DNA of 64,000 nucleotides, from IMG/VR virus record IMGVR_UViG_3300026488_000013, positions 1-64,000 of that record; one strand, written 5' to 3'. This document shows positions 19,492-30,659 of this stretch, piece by piece. Within the stretch, counting starts at the first letter, position 1. Each line of letters begins with the position of its first letter. Made by a program: the position numbers and the translations under genes. The DNA is from a virus. Under the pieces are notes generated by a model. That model saw nothing but the letters and a program-made list of their open reading frames with translations. It did no database searches and was not told the origin of the DNA.

Positions 19492-21246
19492 TCATAATAT
19501 AGACACAATATTATATTTGTCTTTTAAATTATCCAATATATCCTTCCAATATAAATACGTTTGTTCGTCATATTTTTTTATTTTCTCTATCATTTCTTCG
19601 CATTTTTCTATTATTTGTTCTTCGTTTATATCTCTAGTTTCCAACCACGCCTTATCTTTTAAAATGTTTAAATTTATTTTTAATATAGGAATTAAATCGT
19701 TTATTATTGTTTCTTTATTTTGAAAATCGGATTCAATATATTCTGTATAATCTTTTATAAAACCATATTCAATTATACTATCTGCTATTTTTAGTGGTTT
19801 GGGTCTTATGTTAAATTTTATATTTTTAATAGAGGAATCAATATTGCCCCATAATTCATCTGGTATTATGTCTATTACATATCTTAACAATTTTCTATAA
19901 TTTTTATTGTATTCTTCTTTTTCTTCTATGTATTCTTTAAGGTATTTATATAACTTCTCAATTTTTTCTATATGGTCTTCTATTTCGTGTTCAAATATTT
20001 CAGGATATGAATATTTTATTGCCTTTTCTTTATATTCACCTATTAAATCATATATATCTTTTCCTTCTATTGCATACTTAAATATATCCTTTACAGACAG
20101 TTTTATTTTTATTTCTATTTCTCTTATATTATAGGCTTTATATTCTTCTATTAACTGTAAATATCCCTTATAGTTCGTATATGCATATCTATCTCCTATA
20201 TCTGCGAAATATATATGCCCATCTATTTGAACATTTCCTATTTGGCGGCCTGCACGCCCCACTATTTGTATAAATTCTTTTTCTGTTAATAATCTTACAG
20301 TATTTCCATCGTATTTGTGCGTTTGTATAAATATTAGGTTTTCTATCGGGAAATTGGTTCCTGTGGTAAAGCTATCTGTTCCGATTATTAATTTTATTAG
20401 ATTTTTCTCCGCAAGAGTTATAGCTATTCTTTTTACTATGGTCGGAACTTTTGAATGTATCAAAACTATTCCTTTATCCAAATATTTTAAACTATCGAAT
20501 TTTTGTGTAACAAATTCTATATTCATGCCCAATATTTTTTCAATTTCCTTTATCTTATTATCTGGCAATCTATCTAATATATTACCAAATATTTCCATTA
20601 CACTATGCAATATTTTTCTATTGAATCCCACTATTGCAGTAATATGATTCGATTTTTTTATTATCTTAACAACATCATCTATATCTAATAATTCATCATG
20701 TAATTTTATTTTGTTTCCGATATTAGTATCGTCATACTCAATTATTTCCCACTCTCTATTTGATATTTTCTCTAGATATTTTTTAAAACTATCTGTTATT
20801 TTTATCGTTGCGCTTAACGCTACTATTGGATGGTTGTGTAATGTTTCTAAGTAGGCTAATGCCCTCTCAGGGGCGTCACCGATTATATGAAATTCGTCTA
20901 TTATTGTTAATTTTGATATATTTTGGTATTTATCCTTATATATCTCCTGAGTTGCAACTATAATAGGGCTATTTATTTTTATATCTTTATATTCCCCTGT
21001 TTCTATCCTAGGTTTTATTCCAAATATTTTTCTCATTTCATTAGCCTTTTGATACGTTAAAACCCTAAAGGGCGTAGTATATACTATAGGAGTAATATTG
21101 TATTTTAGTAATTTTTCTATTAGTTTATATACTATATACGATTTACCGGCCCCGGTAGGGGCAACTATTAGAATATTTTTATCATTTACTAAAGCTTCTT
21201 TTACCTTATTAAAAGCTTCTTTTTGCCAACCTCTTAGCTCTACCAT
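19492..21246 (-). CDS. SF2 DEAD/DEAH-box (Ski2-like) helicase
   Basis: APTGAGKS, DEFH, LSAT, QIVGRAGR. True start is likely 21246 (promoter motif 21255-21264 at 8 nt); the upstream ATG lies in a mini-element. Confidence 0.9.
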   Translation of the reverse strand: MVELRGWQKEAFNKVKEALVNDKNILIVAPTGAGKSYIVYKLIEKLLKYNITPIVYTTPFRVLTYQKANEMRKIFGIKPRIETGEYKDIKINSPIIVATQEIYKDKYQNISKLTIIDEFHIIGDAPERALAYLETLHNHPIVALSATIKITDSFKKYLEKISNREWEIIEYDDTNIGNKIKLHDELLDIDDVVKIIKKSNHITAIVGFNRKILHSVMEIFGNILDRLPDNKIKEIEKILGMNIEFVTQKFDSLKYLDKGIVLIHSKVPTIVKRIAITLAEKNLIKLIIGTDSFTTGTNFPIENLIFIQTHKYDGNTVRLLTEKEFIQIVGRAGRQIGNVQIDGHIYFADIGDRYAYTNYKGYLQLIEEYKAYNIREIEIKIKLSVKDIFKYAIEGKDIYDLIGEYKEKAIKYSYPEIFEHEIEDHIEKIEKLYKYLKEYIEEKEEYNKNYRKLLRYVIDIIPDELWGNIDSSIKNIKFNIRPKPLKIADSIIEYGFIKDYTEYIESDFQNKETIINDLIPILKINLNILKDKAWLETRDINEEQIIEKCEEMIEKIKKYDEQTYLYWKDILDNLKDKYNIVSIL

Positions 21247-21296
21247 GCTGGCGTTATTTCCATAGAAATTGAAAGTCTTGTTAAAAATTGATTTGA

Positions 21297-21346
21297 GTAA
21301 ACTGCCCCGCATCATAGATACAGGGGTTTTAGCCCGCAGTTTTTCT
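21297..21346 (-). mobile_element. Collapsed 50-bp family B element (left end fused to right end)
   Basis: TTTAT|AGAAAAACTGCGGGCTAAAACCCCTGTATCTATGATGCGGGGCAGTTTAC. Confidence 0.75.
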
Positions 21347-21408
21347 ATAAAAAGTTCTTCTAATTGTTAATTTATTTTTCTACTAATTGATACAGATAAT
21401 GAAATTAC

Positions 21409-21936
21409 ATGATTGTGAAAGCAATTTGGGAAATTGTTACCGATGAACTCAAAAACATATTGCCGGAAGAGCCATTTGATAATTTTAAATATATAAACAT
21501 CCACTATAAAAAAATCTTTGACTATTCTACCGATATAGAATTTGATATAATCCTCAGTAGGAACGAAATTAAATATTTGAAATTGAAATATTTAGATTAT
21601 TCATATCCAGGAACCAACCTCAATATTGAGGTATATACACCAAAAACAACCATTAGAAACGATATAAAGATTTTATATGAAGTGTATTATACATTCATAG
21701 ATTCGAAGAAGATAGATGTTGAAGTGATGGATTTGCAAATAAATGGAAGAACATATTATAAAGGAAAAATTGAAAGAAAATCTCGTAATAGGATTTATAG
21801 ACAGACATATTTAAATCATTGTATTAAAAAAATATATGATGTAAGTAGGGAGGATTTCAATTACACAATATCTAAAATAACAGACAAAATATTACAATTA
21901 ATTATAAACAATGTTAATAAATGTTTTATAATGTAA
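21409..21936 (+). CDS. Hypothetical protein
   Basis: Promoter motif 21391-21400 at 8 nt. Confidence 0.7.
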   Translation: MIVKAIWEIVTDELKNILPEEPFDNFKYINIHYKKIFDYSTDIEFDIILSRNEIKYLKLKYLDYSYPGTNLNIEVYTPKTTIRNDIKILYEVYYTFIDSKKIDVEVMDLQINGRTYYKGKIERKSRNRIYRQTYLNHCIKKIYDVSREDFNYTISKITDKILQLIINNVNKCFIM

Positions 21937-21998
21937 CTTTTTAACTCTATATTTTATTTTAAATATTCACCTAATATTTATATAGATAATACATAAGT

Positions 21999-22208
21999 AT
22001 GGTGAAATTAATTATCCTAATAATAGGTGCAATATTAATTACACTCATATGGAAAGGGCCGGATTATCTGAAGGAAATAAGAAAGGAAAAAGAGTTTAAA
22101 TTATTTACAATGGTTTTGCCTGCAGATTGTCAATTTAAAGAGATAAGAATTGGCAATAGATACAAAATAACAAAAGAACAAAAAGAAGAAAAAGAAGAAA
22201 CGAAATGA
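21999..22208 (+). CDS. Small membrane-anchored protein
   Basis: N-terminal hydrophobic helix; promoter motif 21981-21990. Confidence 0.65.
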   Translation: MVKLIILIIGAILITLIWKGPDYLKEIRKEKEFKLFTMVLPADCQFKEIRIGNRYKITKEQKEEKEETK

Positions 22209-22407
22209 AATGAAAAATAAAAATAAAAATAATCATTCATTCATTTTCAGCTTATTTTTTATTTTGTCGTTTCAATAATTACGTGCAAATTTATCTTGAT
22301 ATTTAATAATAAAAATTACATTAACCTATTATTAATTATTAACAAAATACAAAAATATAAAACAATAATTTTTATTCCCAATTTTAATAAATTGGAAAAG
22401 AAAATAT

Positions 22408-22797
22408 TTATAAATTCTCAACCCAAAATCCTCTCCATTTATTTTCATATAAGTCATACTCTGCTTTAAATACTCTATAATCTTCATAATAACCTCCGCC
22501 AAATTTCACATTTTTATCATATCTTGTATCTATCTCCAGTATTCCTTGAAACCATATATAGGGCTCTTCTGTTATTTCATCTATTCTTCTATCCAACTCT
22601 ACCCATCCACCCAGATTTATTTCTATATCTTCATTTTTACGACATAATTTTATTATTACTTCTTTACCTATTATATCTTCACCTTCGTCAATTATCTCTT
22701 CTCCGGTTAGTTCTATTTCATATTTTTCTTCTAGTTTTTCTATAGCTTTTTCTAACAATTCTATGGCTTTGTCTAAACCTAAAACTTTCTCTTCCAT
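22408..22797 (-). CDS. Hypothetical acidic protein
   Basis: Promoter motif 22806-22815. Confidence 0.7.
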   Translation of the reverse strand: MEEKVLGLDKAIELLEKAIEKLEEKYEIELTGEEIIDEGEDIIGKEVIIKLCRKNEDIEINLGGWVELDRRIDEITEEPYIWFQGILEIDTRYDKNVKFGGGYYEDYRVFKAEYDLYENKWRGFWVENL

Positions 22798-22897
22798 AAT
22801 TCCTTATTTTCCATATATAAAGCTAAAATATTAAATTAACTAACTATTGGAAACTATTTTTTTACATTTTATGTTGAAGTATGGTTAAAGAATAAAC

Positions 22898-23338
22898 ATG
22901 AAAAAGGAGTATTACCTCTATTGTAAGAAATGTAACAAAATATATCCTATTAAAGATTTTAAAATAGAATCGAGTTTAGATATTAGAATAATTCAATTGA
23001 TAGATGCCGAATATATATCTAAAACAGATATTAATGAGAATGGTTATAATATTATAACAGATTATGTGCAAAATTTTGGCGATATAAAAGAGGAGATATT
23101 AGAAGAAATATTGCATGAACAGCATTTCTTTAAATGTAAGAAATGCAGCACGACAGCAGCAGAAATAGAATACGATGGGTATGGTATAACATTTGAAGAC
23201 GCAACAATAGTAGTAATACCAGATATTAAGAAGATATACATTGGCACTGAATACGAAATATATTTGAAAAACAATGGATTATATGACAAAGTTATACAAA
23301 AATTAGAAGAAGAATTTAAAGGATACGAAATATCTTGA
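22898..23338 (+). CDS. Zn-ribbon protein (paralog of 34789-35211)
   Basis: Two CKKC pairs; shared C-terminal pattern. Confidence 0.7.
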   Translation: MKKEYYLYCKKCNKIYPIKDFKIESSLDIRIIQLIDAEYISKTDINENGYNIITDYVQNFGDIKEEILEEILHEQHFFKCKKCSTTAAEIEYDGYGITFEDATIVVIPDIKKIYIGTEYEIYLKNNGLYDKVIQKLEEEFKGYEIS

Positions 23339-23411
23339 AAAATAACACTTTTTCTGTAGTTTATTCTGACTTCTTATTTTTTTTATTCACAATTACGGAT
23401 ATTAGAATGAT

Positions 23412-24017
23412 ATGAAGCACTTAAATTTTGTTAAAAAGAATGAGAAAAATTTTGTAAATATCTTCTTGAATGGAGAGAACGGCTTTTATACTGAAACGTT
23501 AAATGTCAAAACAGATGATTTTGTAACTTTAAGAATATTTAATGAAACACGATATGTTGAAGAGTTTCCTAAATATTTAACTATAGGCGGTTATGTAGAA
23601 TTTTATAAAAATTATTTTAAATACATAAAATACAAAAACACAAAACCTGAAATAAAGAAAAAATACTATTCTATAGTGAAAGAAAAAGAAATTTACAAAG
23701 ATATAATAGATAGTCTGATAAATTTCATGGAAAGCATAATTAAAGGAAATAACAAAGTGCTTTATATAAAACATAATAAAAAAGAAAATACAATAGAAAC
23801 ATTAGACGGGAGAAAATTACGAAAGCTGCTAACAAATGACGAAATAACATTAAAAAGAACAGCAGCCGAAGCGGGATATAAGAATAAAGTATCTTTGATA
23901 AATCAGATTTACAAATATGATAGTATTGAAGATTTCATAACTAACGAAAAATATAAACCAGTAGGATTAATAGTAAGAAACAGATTAGAATATATCCCAA
24001 TTATATTAGTTACTTAA
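23412..24017 (+). CDS. Hypothetical protein
   Basis: Promoter motif 23394-23403. Confidence 0.7.
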   Translation: MKHLNFVKKNEKNFVNIFLNGENGFYTETLNVKTDDFVTLRIFNETRYVEEFPKYLTIGGYVEFYKNYFKYIKYKNTKPEIKKKYYSIVKEKEIYKDIIDSLINFMESIIKGNNKVLYIKHNKKENTIETLDGRKLRKLLTNDEITLKRTAAEAGYKNKVSLINQIYKYDSIEDFITNEKYKPVGLIVRNRLEYIPIILVT

Positions 24018-24048
24018 CTTTTATCTTTAATATCTTTATTTTTCTTTT

Positions 24049-24345
24049 TTATGACGAAAGCATCATGCTGTCCCCTGTTATTATTGTTCCAACAGGACAT
24101 CCTATGACAACATCTCCTATTCTGGCTTGAGATATATTGCTGGAGATTACTATTTCTGACCCACTTGTTATCATTCCAATATGTCCGCATGAAAATATTA
24201 CAATATCCGTCTTTCTGGCATTCAAACGACCATTGGATGATACAATATTTTGTGTAGATACTATTATTCCTATTGTTCCTACACAACCGCTATGGCAACA
24301 ACAAACTGCGGTAACTAAATCGCCTGTTCTTGAAACAGACCTCAT
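24049..24345 (-). CDS. PAAR-like spike tip protein (gp5.4-like)
   Basis: SRTGD, NARKTD, CGH and ARIGD repeats with Cys/His ligands; 98 aa. Confidence 0.8.
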   Translation of the reverse strand: MRSVSRTGDLVTAVCCCHSGCVGTIGIIVSTQNIVSSNGRLNARKTDIVIFSCGHIGMITSGSEIVISSNISQARIGDVVIGCPVGTIITGDSMMLSS

Positions 24346-24797
24346 TTTTTATAGACCTCTGCCAAATTATTTTTTAGTAGCTCGAAATTCAAACATTCTT
24401 TGAAGTCCGGTGATAATATCAAACCAAGGTATCTTCCATAATTTCCTTTTCTATCTCTTAATGTCATAAGTATACATTTATCGTTGTATTTCTTAAACCA
24501 TTCTTTAACAAAAACTTTCGCTTTTTCGCCTAACTCTTTTTCTTTTGGGTCTTTGGACTTTTTCCCGTGTATTTCGTGTGTATTGATAAATGCGGCACGT
24601 ATTGTTTGTATGTTAAACGTATTGAAACCCAAATCTATAATTAATATATAGGTATCACCATCAATAATTCGTTCCATTTTGCATAGATAAGTATAAAAAC
24701 AAATTTTGTTATTAAATAATTTGTTAATCTTATTTAATGTTTTTTTATCTATGTAACCTTTATAATTATTAATTAATTTTGTCAATTCTTTGTTCAT
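24342..24797 (-). CDS. Staphylococcal nuclease-like (thermonuclease)
   Basis: RIIDGDT...DLGF...IR...INTHE...YGRYLG. Confidence 0.85.
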   Translation of the reverse strand: MNKELTKLINNYKGYIDKKTLNKINKLFNNKICFYTYLCKMERIIDGDTYILIIDLGFNTFNIQTIRAAFINTHEIHGKKSKDPKEKELGEKAKVFVKEWFKKYNDKCILMTLRDRKGNYGRYLGLILSPDFKECLNFELLKNNLAEVYKK

Positions 24798-24892
24798 AAT
24801 AACTTTTTATGAATATTTTGCGTTAATATATTACTATTTTAATATTTACTTTGTTTCTTATTTTTTTATTTTATTTATAGATATTAAATAGT

Positions 24893-25540
24893 ATGAGCAT
24901 GCAAAAAATGCTGGGTCCTACGGAATTAGATAAAATATTAATACTTTCAATATTGAGAGCTGCAGAAGAATACTTGCTGGATGAAGAATATGTAGAATAT
25001 ATAAAAAAAATATTAAAAGAAAACAATATTAAGAAAGATATAAAAGAGGCCCTTAGATTGATAAAAATGGAAAAATATAAGGATTTTAAAATGTTAATAG
25101 CTTATATGGGAGATTATCAAGGAGATATTATTGCTATGATTCAAATAGATAATAGCTATAAATTTCTATATATACAATTAGTATATGGAAGTTGCGAAGG
25201 TTGTGACCCAATAAGACGATACATGAAAGACTACCATGAATATCTAGATAATGATACTAAATCAGAAAATATACCTGACGAATTGATAGAAAGAATAGCT
25301 AATGAATTGATAAAACCAGCCATTATAGAAGATAATAGAGATAAATTAATAAATAGAACGATAGGATTGGGTTCGTTAATATGTTATACCAGAGAGAGAA
25401 TAAAAAATGGAAGAATATCGATGCTAGAAGATAATTTAAATGACATATGGAAAATTATTGAAATAGATAATTACAATGATGTGGTAATATATAAACCCAT
25501 ACATACAACCCTATTTGAGGAAGAGGAAAACAAAGATTAG
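24893..25540 (+). CDS. Conserved phage hypothetical protein (YGSCxGCD motif)
   Basis: DYQG...YGSCEGCD. Confidence 0.65.
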   Translation: MSMQKMLGPTELDKILILSILRAAEEYLLDEEYVEYIKKILKENNIKKDIKEALRLIKMEKYKDFKMLIAYMGDYQGDIIAMIQIDNSYKFLYIQLVYGSCEGCDPIRRYMKDYHEYLDNDTKSENIPDELIERIANELIKPAIIEDNRDKLINRTIGLGSLICYTRERIKNGRISMLEDNLNDIWKIIEIDNYNDVVIYKPIHTTLFEEEENKD

Positions 25541-25673
25541 ATAAATGAATAATAAATGAATAATAAAAAAACATTTTCTTAGAATAATTTTTCTCTTTAT
25601 TTTTTTGGGAATATTTAATATATATATCCAAATCTCCTTTTCATGAAAATAAAAAATAGGAAAAAAGCGAATA

Positions 25674-25985
25674 TTACTTTAAGAGAATTTCTCTCAAACT
25701 AAATCCTTCGTTTTTGGTGTCTCGATTCTTTGACTCTGTTTTCCTTTTTTCATATTCTTCACTGTCATCGACAAACCAATCTCCTGGAATAGTAATATAT
25801 ATTTTTGTGTAAGGTTTATTAACTTTTTTCTGCAATTTTATCTCCACAGGGAAATGATAATTTAGTTTACTGTTCATTATCATCTCCTTTTTAATTAGTT
25901 TTGCGACTTCTTTTACATATTCTCTTTTAACAGGCTTTGGTAACGACACATAAGCGATTATATGTATTCTGGCAGGTATCTTCAT
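25674..25985 (-). CDS. Hypothetical protein
   Basis: AGGAGG RBS; promoter motif 26017-26026. Confidence 0.7.
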   Translation of the reverse strand: MKIPARIHIIAYVSLPKPVKREYVKEVAKLIKKEMIMNSKLNYHFPVEIKLQKKVNKPYTKIYITIPGDWFVDDSEEYEKRKTESKNRDTKNEGFSLREILLK

Positions 25986-26166
25986 TTTTTAACCTCCTTA
26001 AGTATTTTTGAATTTTTATTTCCGTATTTTTGACTTTTTAATATTAAAAAGTAATTATAATAATTGAAGTATTTTCATTACATTAACTGACGGGAAATTA
26101 AAAGTCCAAACATTAAATCCTTCCTTTGTCAGGTTTATTTTATTTTTATGTAGATATTTATTATTT

Positions 26167-26202
26167 GTCAACCACCCGCTGTTTTAATGGCGGGCTTAAC
26201 TT
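26167..26202 (-). repeat. Short palindromic IS605-end-like element (family C)
   Basis: AAGTTAAGCCCGCCATTAAAACAGCGGGTGGTTGAC; similar to 33047-33082. Confidence 0.6.
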
Positions 26203-26247
26203 ATTCTATTTTTATTTTTTAATTTATTCTATGGAAATTACCCAAGA

Positions 26248-26658
26248 ATGGACAAAAACAAAATGTATGTCCGCCCAAAAAGATATAAATATGTTGTTAA
26301 ATTCGTTGAATATTTTGAAGCATATACAAATAGTAAAATAAATATAATAGATGCAATAGAAGCTGAAAAAGGTTTGAATGAAATTTCGAGCCAATGCATG
26401 CAATTTGGCGGAGCTATCCTAAAACGACATGTTATACAAACGATAATACCATCGACCAAACTTAAAGAAATAAATATAAAAAATTATGATATTTATCCAT
26501 TTATTAACGAGGACGATGAAAATGATTTTTATGGCTTTATTGAAAGTCTAATAAGAAGTGTTAAAGATAAAAATGTTCCAATGATAAAAATAATAGAAAA
26601 AATAAACGATGGTAAAGATGGAATTGATAAACGTATAGTGACATATTACTTCGTTTAA
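26248..26658 (+). CDS. Hypothetical protein
   Basis: Promoter motif 26230-26239 at 8 nt. Confidence 0.7.
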   Translation: MDKNKMYVRPKRYKYVVKFVEYFEAYTNSKINIIDAIEAEKGLNEISSQCMQFGGAILKRHVIQTIIPSTKLKEINIKNYDIYPFINEDDENDFYGFIESLIRSVKDKNVPMIKIIEKINDGKDGIDKRIVTYYFV

Positions 26659-26811
26659 TTTAATCTTTTCCTTTTATTTTTTTATTTCATTTCATTGATT
26701 CAAAGTTTAAATGAAATATAGTATATAGATTAATACACCATATTTCTTCTTAATTATTTTTAAAACATATGGATATTATGAAAATAAGTTTCAGATTCAA
26801 CATATAGACCT

Positions 26812-27279
26812 TTAAGCAATAACACGAAATATTCTGTTTTTTTTAATCAAATCAAACAATTTATAATTAATGTTATCATGACTGTCTTTCACAAATTTTT
26901 TAACCGACATAGCATAAGAATTCGTTGAATTAATATAGATTGTCATCATTTTATCTGTATAACTAACAATAGCGGTTATCATGGTTCCCAAACCCGGTAA
27001 ATTTAAATCCATTCTTATATTATCATTATACTCAAGAGAAATTATTATTTCTTTTTTAATTATGGCCGCCTTTGTTCTCTTGTAATTCAATTTAATATCA
27101 CTACTATTTATAAAATGGTCAAAATTTCGAATAAAATCATCTAAAATTTTAGATATAAGTTCAATTATATCTTCCCATTTGACATAACATTTAAATTCTA
27201 TTACATCTCCTAAATCTTTAAATGTTTTAGGAGTTATATTATCAAATGTATTTTTAAGGGTTTCGTAGTTCTTTTCCAA
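26812..27279 (-). CDS. Hypothetical protein
   Basis: 155-aa ORF with TTG start. Confidence 0.6.
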   Translation of the reverse strand: MEKNYETLKNTFDNITPKTFKDLGDVIEFKCYVKWEDIIELISKILDDFIRNFDHFINSSDIKLNYKRTKAAIIKKEIIISLEYNDNIRMDLNLPGLGTMITAIVSYTDKMMTIYINSTNSYAMSVKKFVKDSHDNINYKLFDLIKKNRIFRVIA

Positions 27280-27336
27280 AAATATCAGTTCCGTCTTCTT
27301 AACCCTCCTTAGAAACGGTTTTTTTTAGTAAAAAAG

Positions 27337-29052
27337 TTAAATAGGAAACTTCCATTCATCTTGGTTGAAAGATAGTTCCGATAATTTGGGACCTATTGGT
27401 GATTGTCTTCTTTTAAATTCATATTTTAGAATTCTTTTGTTTATACTAGTTATTCTTCTTTCTTTTATTAACATAATTAAATGTCTATCTAAAGTTTCAT
27501 ATGTTGCACCAAGTTGTTCTTCGTCACTTATGTCATTTACAAATAATTCGGCAGTAGGTTTTCTTTTTATTATAAATCTAGGCACACCTAAATACTCGGC
27601 TAATCCAAATACTTCAGTTTTTAATATATCTTTGAGCGGGGCATATCCACCTTCGCTATCCCCACCTAAAGTATAATACCCATATGCCAATTCAGTTTTA
27701 TTACTACATGTTAGTAATATAGCATTCAATTCGTTGGCTTTTGTTAGTAAGAAATTAGCTCTTAATCTCGCTTGCAAGTTTGCCAACGCAATTATTTCAT
27801 TTATGTTAAACAGGTTTTTGGAATTATTAAATATTTCCGTTAAATCGACGGTCTCAATACTAACACCTGAATCCTTTTTTATAATTTCTATCGCTCTATA
27901 AGTTTCATCTTTAGTAAATGGTCTTATAGGCAGAAAATATGCATGTATGTTAATGTTAGGAATATCTTTTATTAGATATAAAACGGTAGCACTATCTATT
28001 CCTCCGGATATACCGATAATAACGTCTTTAAATCCTGTTTTCATCAAATATGTTTCTATATTGTTTCTAATAACTCTAGCGTATTGTTCATATTTCGTTT
28101 GTTTAGTATTTATAGTATAGGAGTTTAGCTTAGATATATATTCACTTCTAATTATATCATCGTTTGTAGTATCATATGTTTCATAACAATACCCCATTAC
28201 AGGTTTATTGGGTTTAACATCTTTTATTAATTCGTCCACATTTTTTACAATCTTTTCATATTCGCTATTTTGAATATTTAAAATTTTACTCCGATAAATC
28301 GAATTCTTATATAAAGCTAAATATTTTATATTTTCAATCACATTTCCATCTTCGGTTATAAAGAAACTATTTCCATCAAATGTCACCTCGTCGAAAGTGC
28401 CACTATAATTAACATAGAGTAAAGGAACGTTAACGTCTTTAACGTATTCAATAAACATTTTAATTTTATTTTCAAGCTTCCCATATTCATACGGGCTGGC
28501 ATTTAAAGAAATTATTAAGTCAATTTTTCCCTCGCTATTTATCATTTCTTTCCAATTTTCGAAATACCATCCATCTTCACAGATTAATACCCCGATGTTA
28601 AAACCTTTGATATTCAATACCCCATATGGTTTACCATCATGAGACGAAAAGTATCTTTTCTCATTAAATACTCCATAATTCGGTAGGTATTTTTTTACAC
28701 CAAGTATTTTATTGCTTCTTAACAACACGGACGCATTAACTAGGGCGCCGTTATTTAAAAATAACGGAAGAGTTGTTAAAACTTCAGTTTTATGATTATC
28801 ATATAAAAATTTTAATACTTCATCTCTGAACTTTTTATTAAGTTTTTCCACCTCCTCGGGATACAGATATATATCCTTTATATAGTATCCAGTACTTGCC
28901 AATTCGGGTAAAACAACTAAATCGGGTTTATAACAAACATAATCAGTTATAGTAACTCCACCAAATTTAAATACTGGATGAAATTTTGGGATGAAAATTT
29001 CCAATGTGTTATTAGTTGCCTTGGTTTTAGTTCCAACCTTGTATTCGACCAT
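27337..29052 (-). CDS. nadE: Glutamine-dependent NAD+ synthetase
   Basis: CN-hydrolase triad motifs (LPEL, KKYLPNYGVFNEKRYF, LICED) plus GISGGIDS, NLQARLR, NKTE..GYYT.GGD and PTAEL. Confidence 0.95.
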   Translation of the reverse strand: MVEYKVGTKTKATNNTLEIFIPKFHPVFKFGGVTITDYVCYKPDLVVLPELASTGYYIKDIYLYPEEVEKLNKKFRDEVLKFLYDNHKTEVLTTLPLFLNNGALVNASVLLRSNKILGVKKYLPNYGVFNEKRYFSSHDGKPYGVLNIKGFNIGVLICEDGWYFENWKEMINSEGKIDLIISLNASPYEYGKLENKIKMFIEYVKDVNVPLLYVNYSGTFDEVTFDGNSFFITEDGNVIENIKYLALYKNSIYRSKILNIQNSEYEKIVKNVDELIKDVKPNKPVMGYCYETYDTTNDDIIRSEYISKLNSYTINTKQTKYEQYARVIRNNIETYLMKTGFKDVIIGISGGIDSATVLYLIKDIPNINIHAYFLPIRPFTKDETYRAIEIIKKDSGVSIETVDLTEIFNNSKNLFNINEIIALANLQARLRANFLLTKANELNAILLTCSNKTELAYGYYTLGGDSEGGYAPLKDILKTEVFGLAEYLGVPRFIIKRKPTAELFVNDISDEEQLGATYETLDRHLIMLIKERRITSINKRILKYEFKRRQSPIGPKLSELSFNQDEWKFPI

Positions 29053-29097
29053 CCTACAATACCTCCATTCGAAAAAGTAAATTAGAGAAAGATATAT

Positions 29098-29643
29098 TTA
29101 AAAAATTATTTCAAATTGCTTATCAAATTTATCCTTCAATTTTTTATACAATTTTCTTGCCTCATTGTCATTAATACTTTTGATTTTATCAATATGAAGG
29201 AATACTTTGTATCCGTTTATTAGTCCTTGTAATGCAGTCCAATAAACACAGTAATCCCCGGCAACACCCACAATATGAAGTTCTTTTATTCCTCTCAATT
29301 TTAAAATCTTATCCAAACACGGCTCTCCTTCAAATGCACCATAATTCTCAAAATCATACATCCCTTTTTTAATAAATACACTATCTGCAGGTTTAGGTAT
29401 ATCCACAACGATTTCGGCTCCCTTGGTATTCTGAATACAATGTTCTGGCCATTGGTTAAAAATTTTACTATCTTTCTTATGCCAATCTTGTGTATAAATA
29501 ATCAGCTGATTTTCATTGACAAACTGATGGATAAGGTTATTAATAGGTTCTATTAAATTTTCTGCGTTTAAAACATAAAGCGAACCATTAGGATTGACAA
29601 AATCATACTGCATATCGACAACGATTAAAGCTTTATCGAACAT
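29098..29643 (-). CDS. pncA: Nicotinamidase
   Basis: VDMQYDF..GSL, QDWH, WPEHC, KKG, GVAGDYCV. Confidence 0.92.
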   Translation of the reverse strand: MFDKALIVVDMQYDFVNPNGSLYVLNAENLIEPINNLIHQFVNENQLIIYTQDWHKKDSKIFNQWPEHCIQNTKGAEIVVDIPKPADSVFIKKGMYDFENYGAFEGEPCLDKILKLRGIKELHIVGVAGDYCVYWTALQGLINGYKVFLHIDKIKSINDNEARKLYKKLKDKFDKQFEIIF

Positions 29644-29665
29644 TTTACATCACCTCCGTTTATTA

Positions 29666-30640
29666 TTAAAAATTTTCTTCGACAAATTTAATCAGTTTAA
29701 AATGGGACTCGAATCTAAATAGTCTTTTATTTTTGTCATAAATGTTTTTCAATTCTTTGAAACTAAATTTTAATATGTTTGATACCTCATTCACATCCTT
29801 AAAATTACCCATATTTGCTGAATTATCTACATATACCAAATACGGAATTACGGTAACCATATTTATCTCGACAAAAGGAGCCAGTTGGTTATGTTCTATA
29901 ATATCATTTCTACACAAACCCAATTCTTCTTCCAGTTCCTTAAATAACACCTTTTCTATTGAATGCTCATCTATAAAGCCTCCGGGCAATGCAATTGTAT
30001 TTGTCGGTTTGTGTTTTATCATTATATATTCGCCGGTATCTATATTCTTAACTACCGCCAAAACAGCACTCAGAGCAACATTATCAGGTAATGTTATATA
30101 TCTCGGATTTTTTATAAGTTTTTCTTTTATTCTATTTCTTATTAAAGTTCCACTATAAAAATGTTTAAATTCATCATTTATTTCAATACAATTATATTCC
30201 AAGATTATTTCGTCTCCAAATATTTTTGTAACTTCTTTATTATTCCTCTTTATCACAATTATGTTTTTAGTTCTTAGAACATCTTTAAGTCTATCGAAAT
30301 TCTTCCATTGATTAATCGTATTGTATGAATCACTACCAAACAGAATGTCTGTTACATAACTTTTATTTTTGATTAAATGATAAAAACTTTCATCATAAGA
30401 TACATCAACATGTACCTTATCTAAAATTTCGGATTTATACCCTTCAACCATATCATAGATTAAATTTCTAATAAATTCGGGGGCAAACATCCTTTTGTGA
30501 TTCCTATATTTATAATTATGAATCACTATTTCTATATTATCATATTTAAATTTATTTATAGCGGAAAATAAAATACAAAGATGAGATAAATGAAAAGGGT
30601 CAAAAGTTCCGGCAAACAGCAGTGTTCTTTCATTTCCCAT
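29666..30640 (-). CDS. nadD: Bifunctional NaMN/NMN adenylyltransferase-Nudix hydrolase
   Basis: GTFDPFHLSH, GSD..W and SGTLIR, plus a Nudix-like PGG...KELEEELG. Confidence 0.85.
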   Translation of the reverse strand: MGNERTLLFAGTFDPFHLSHLCILFSAINKFKYDNIEIVIHNYKYRNHKRMFAPEFIRNLIYDMVEGYKSEILDKVHVDVSYDESFYHLIKNKSYVTDILFGSDSYNTINQWKNFDRLKDVLRTKNIIVIKRNNKEVTKIFGDEIILEYNCIEINDEFKHFYSGTLIRNRIKEKLIKNPRYITLPDNVALSAVLAVVKNIDTGEYIMIKHKPTNTIALPGGFIDEHSIEKVLFKELEEELGLCRNDIIEHNQLAPFVEINMVTVIPYLVYVDNSANMGNFKDVNEVSNILKFSFKELKNIYDKNKRLFRFESHFKLIKFVEENF

Positions 30641-30659
30641 TCTAAAACCTCCTTTCTTT

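Noticed and set aside
21247-21315. N-terminal extension MMRGSLL of the helicase
   Set aside because: The ATG comes from the 50-bp element; the promoter motif points to 21246
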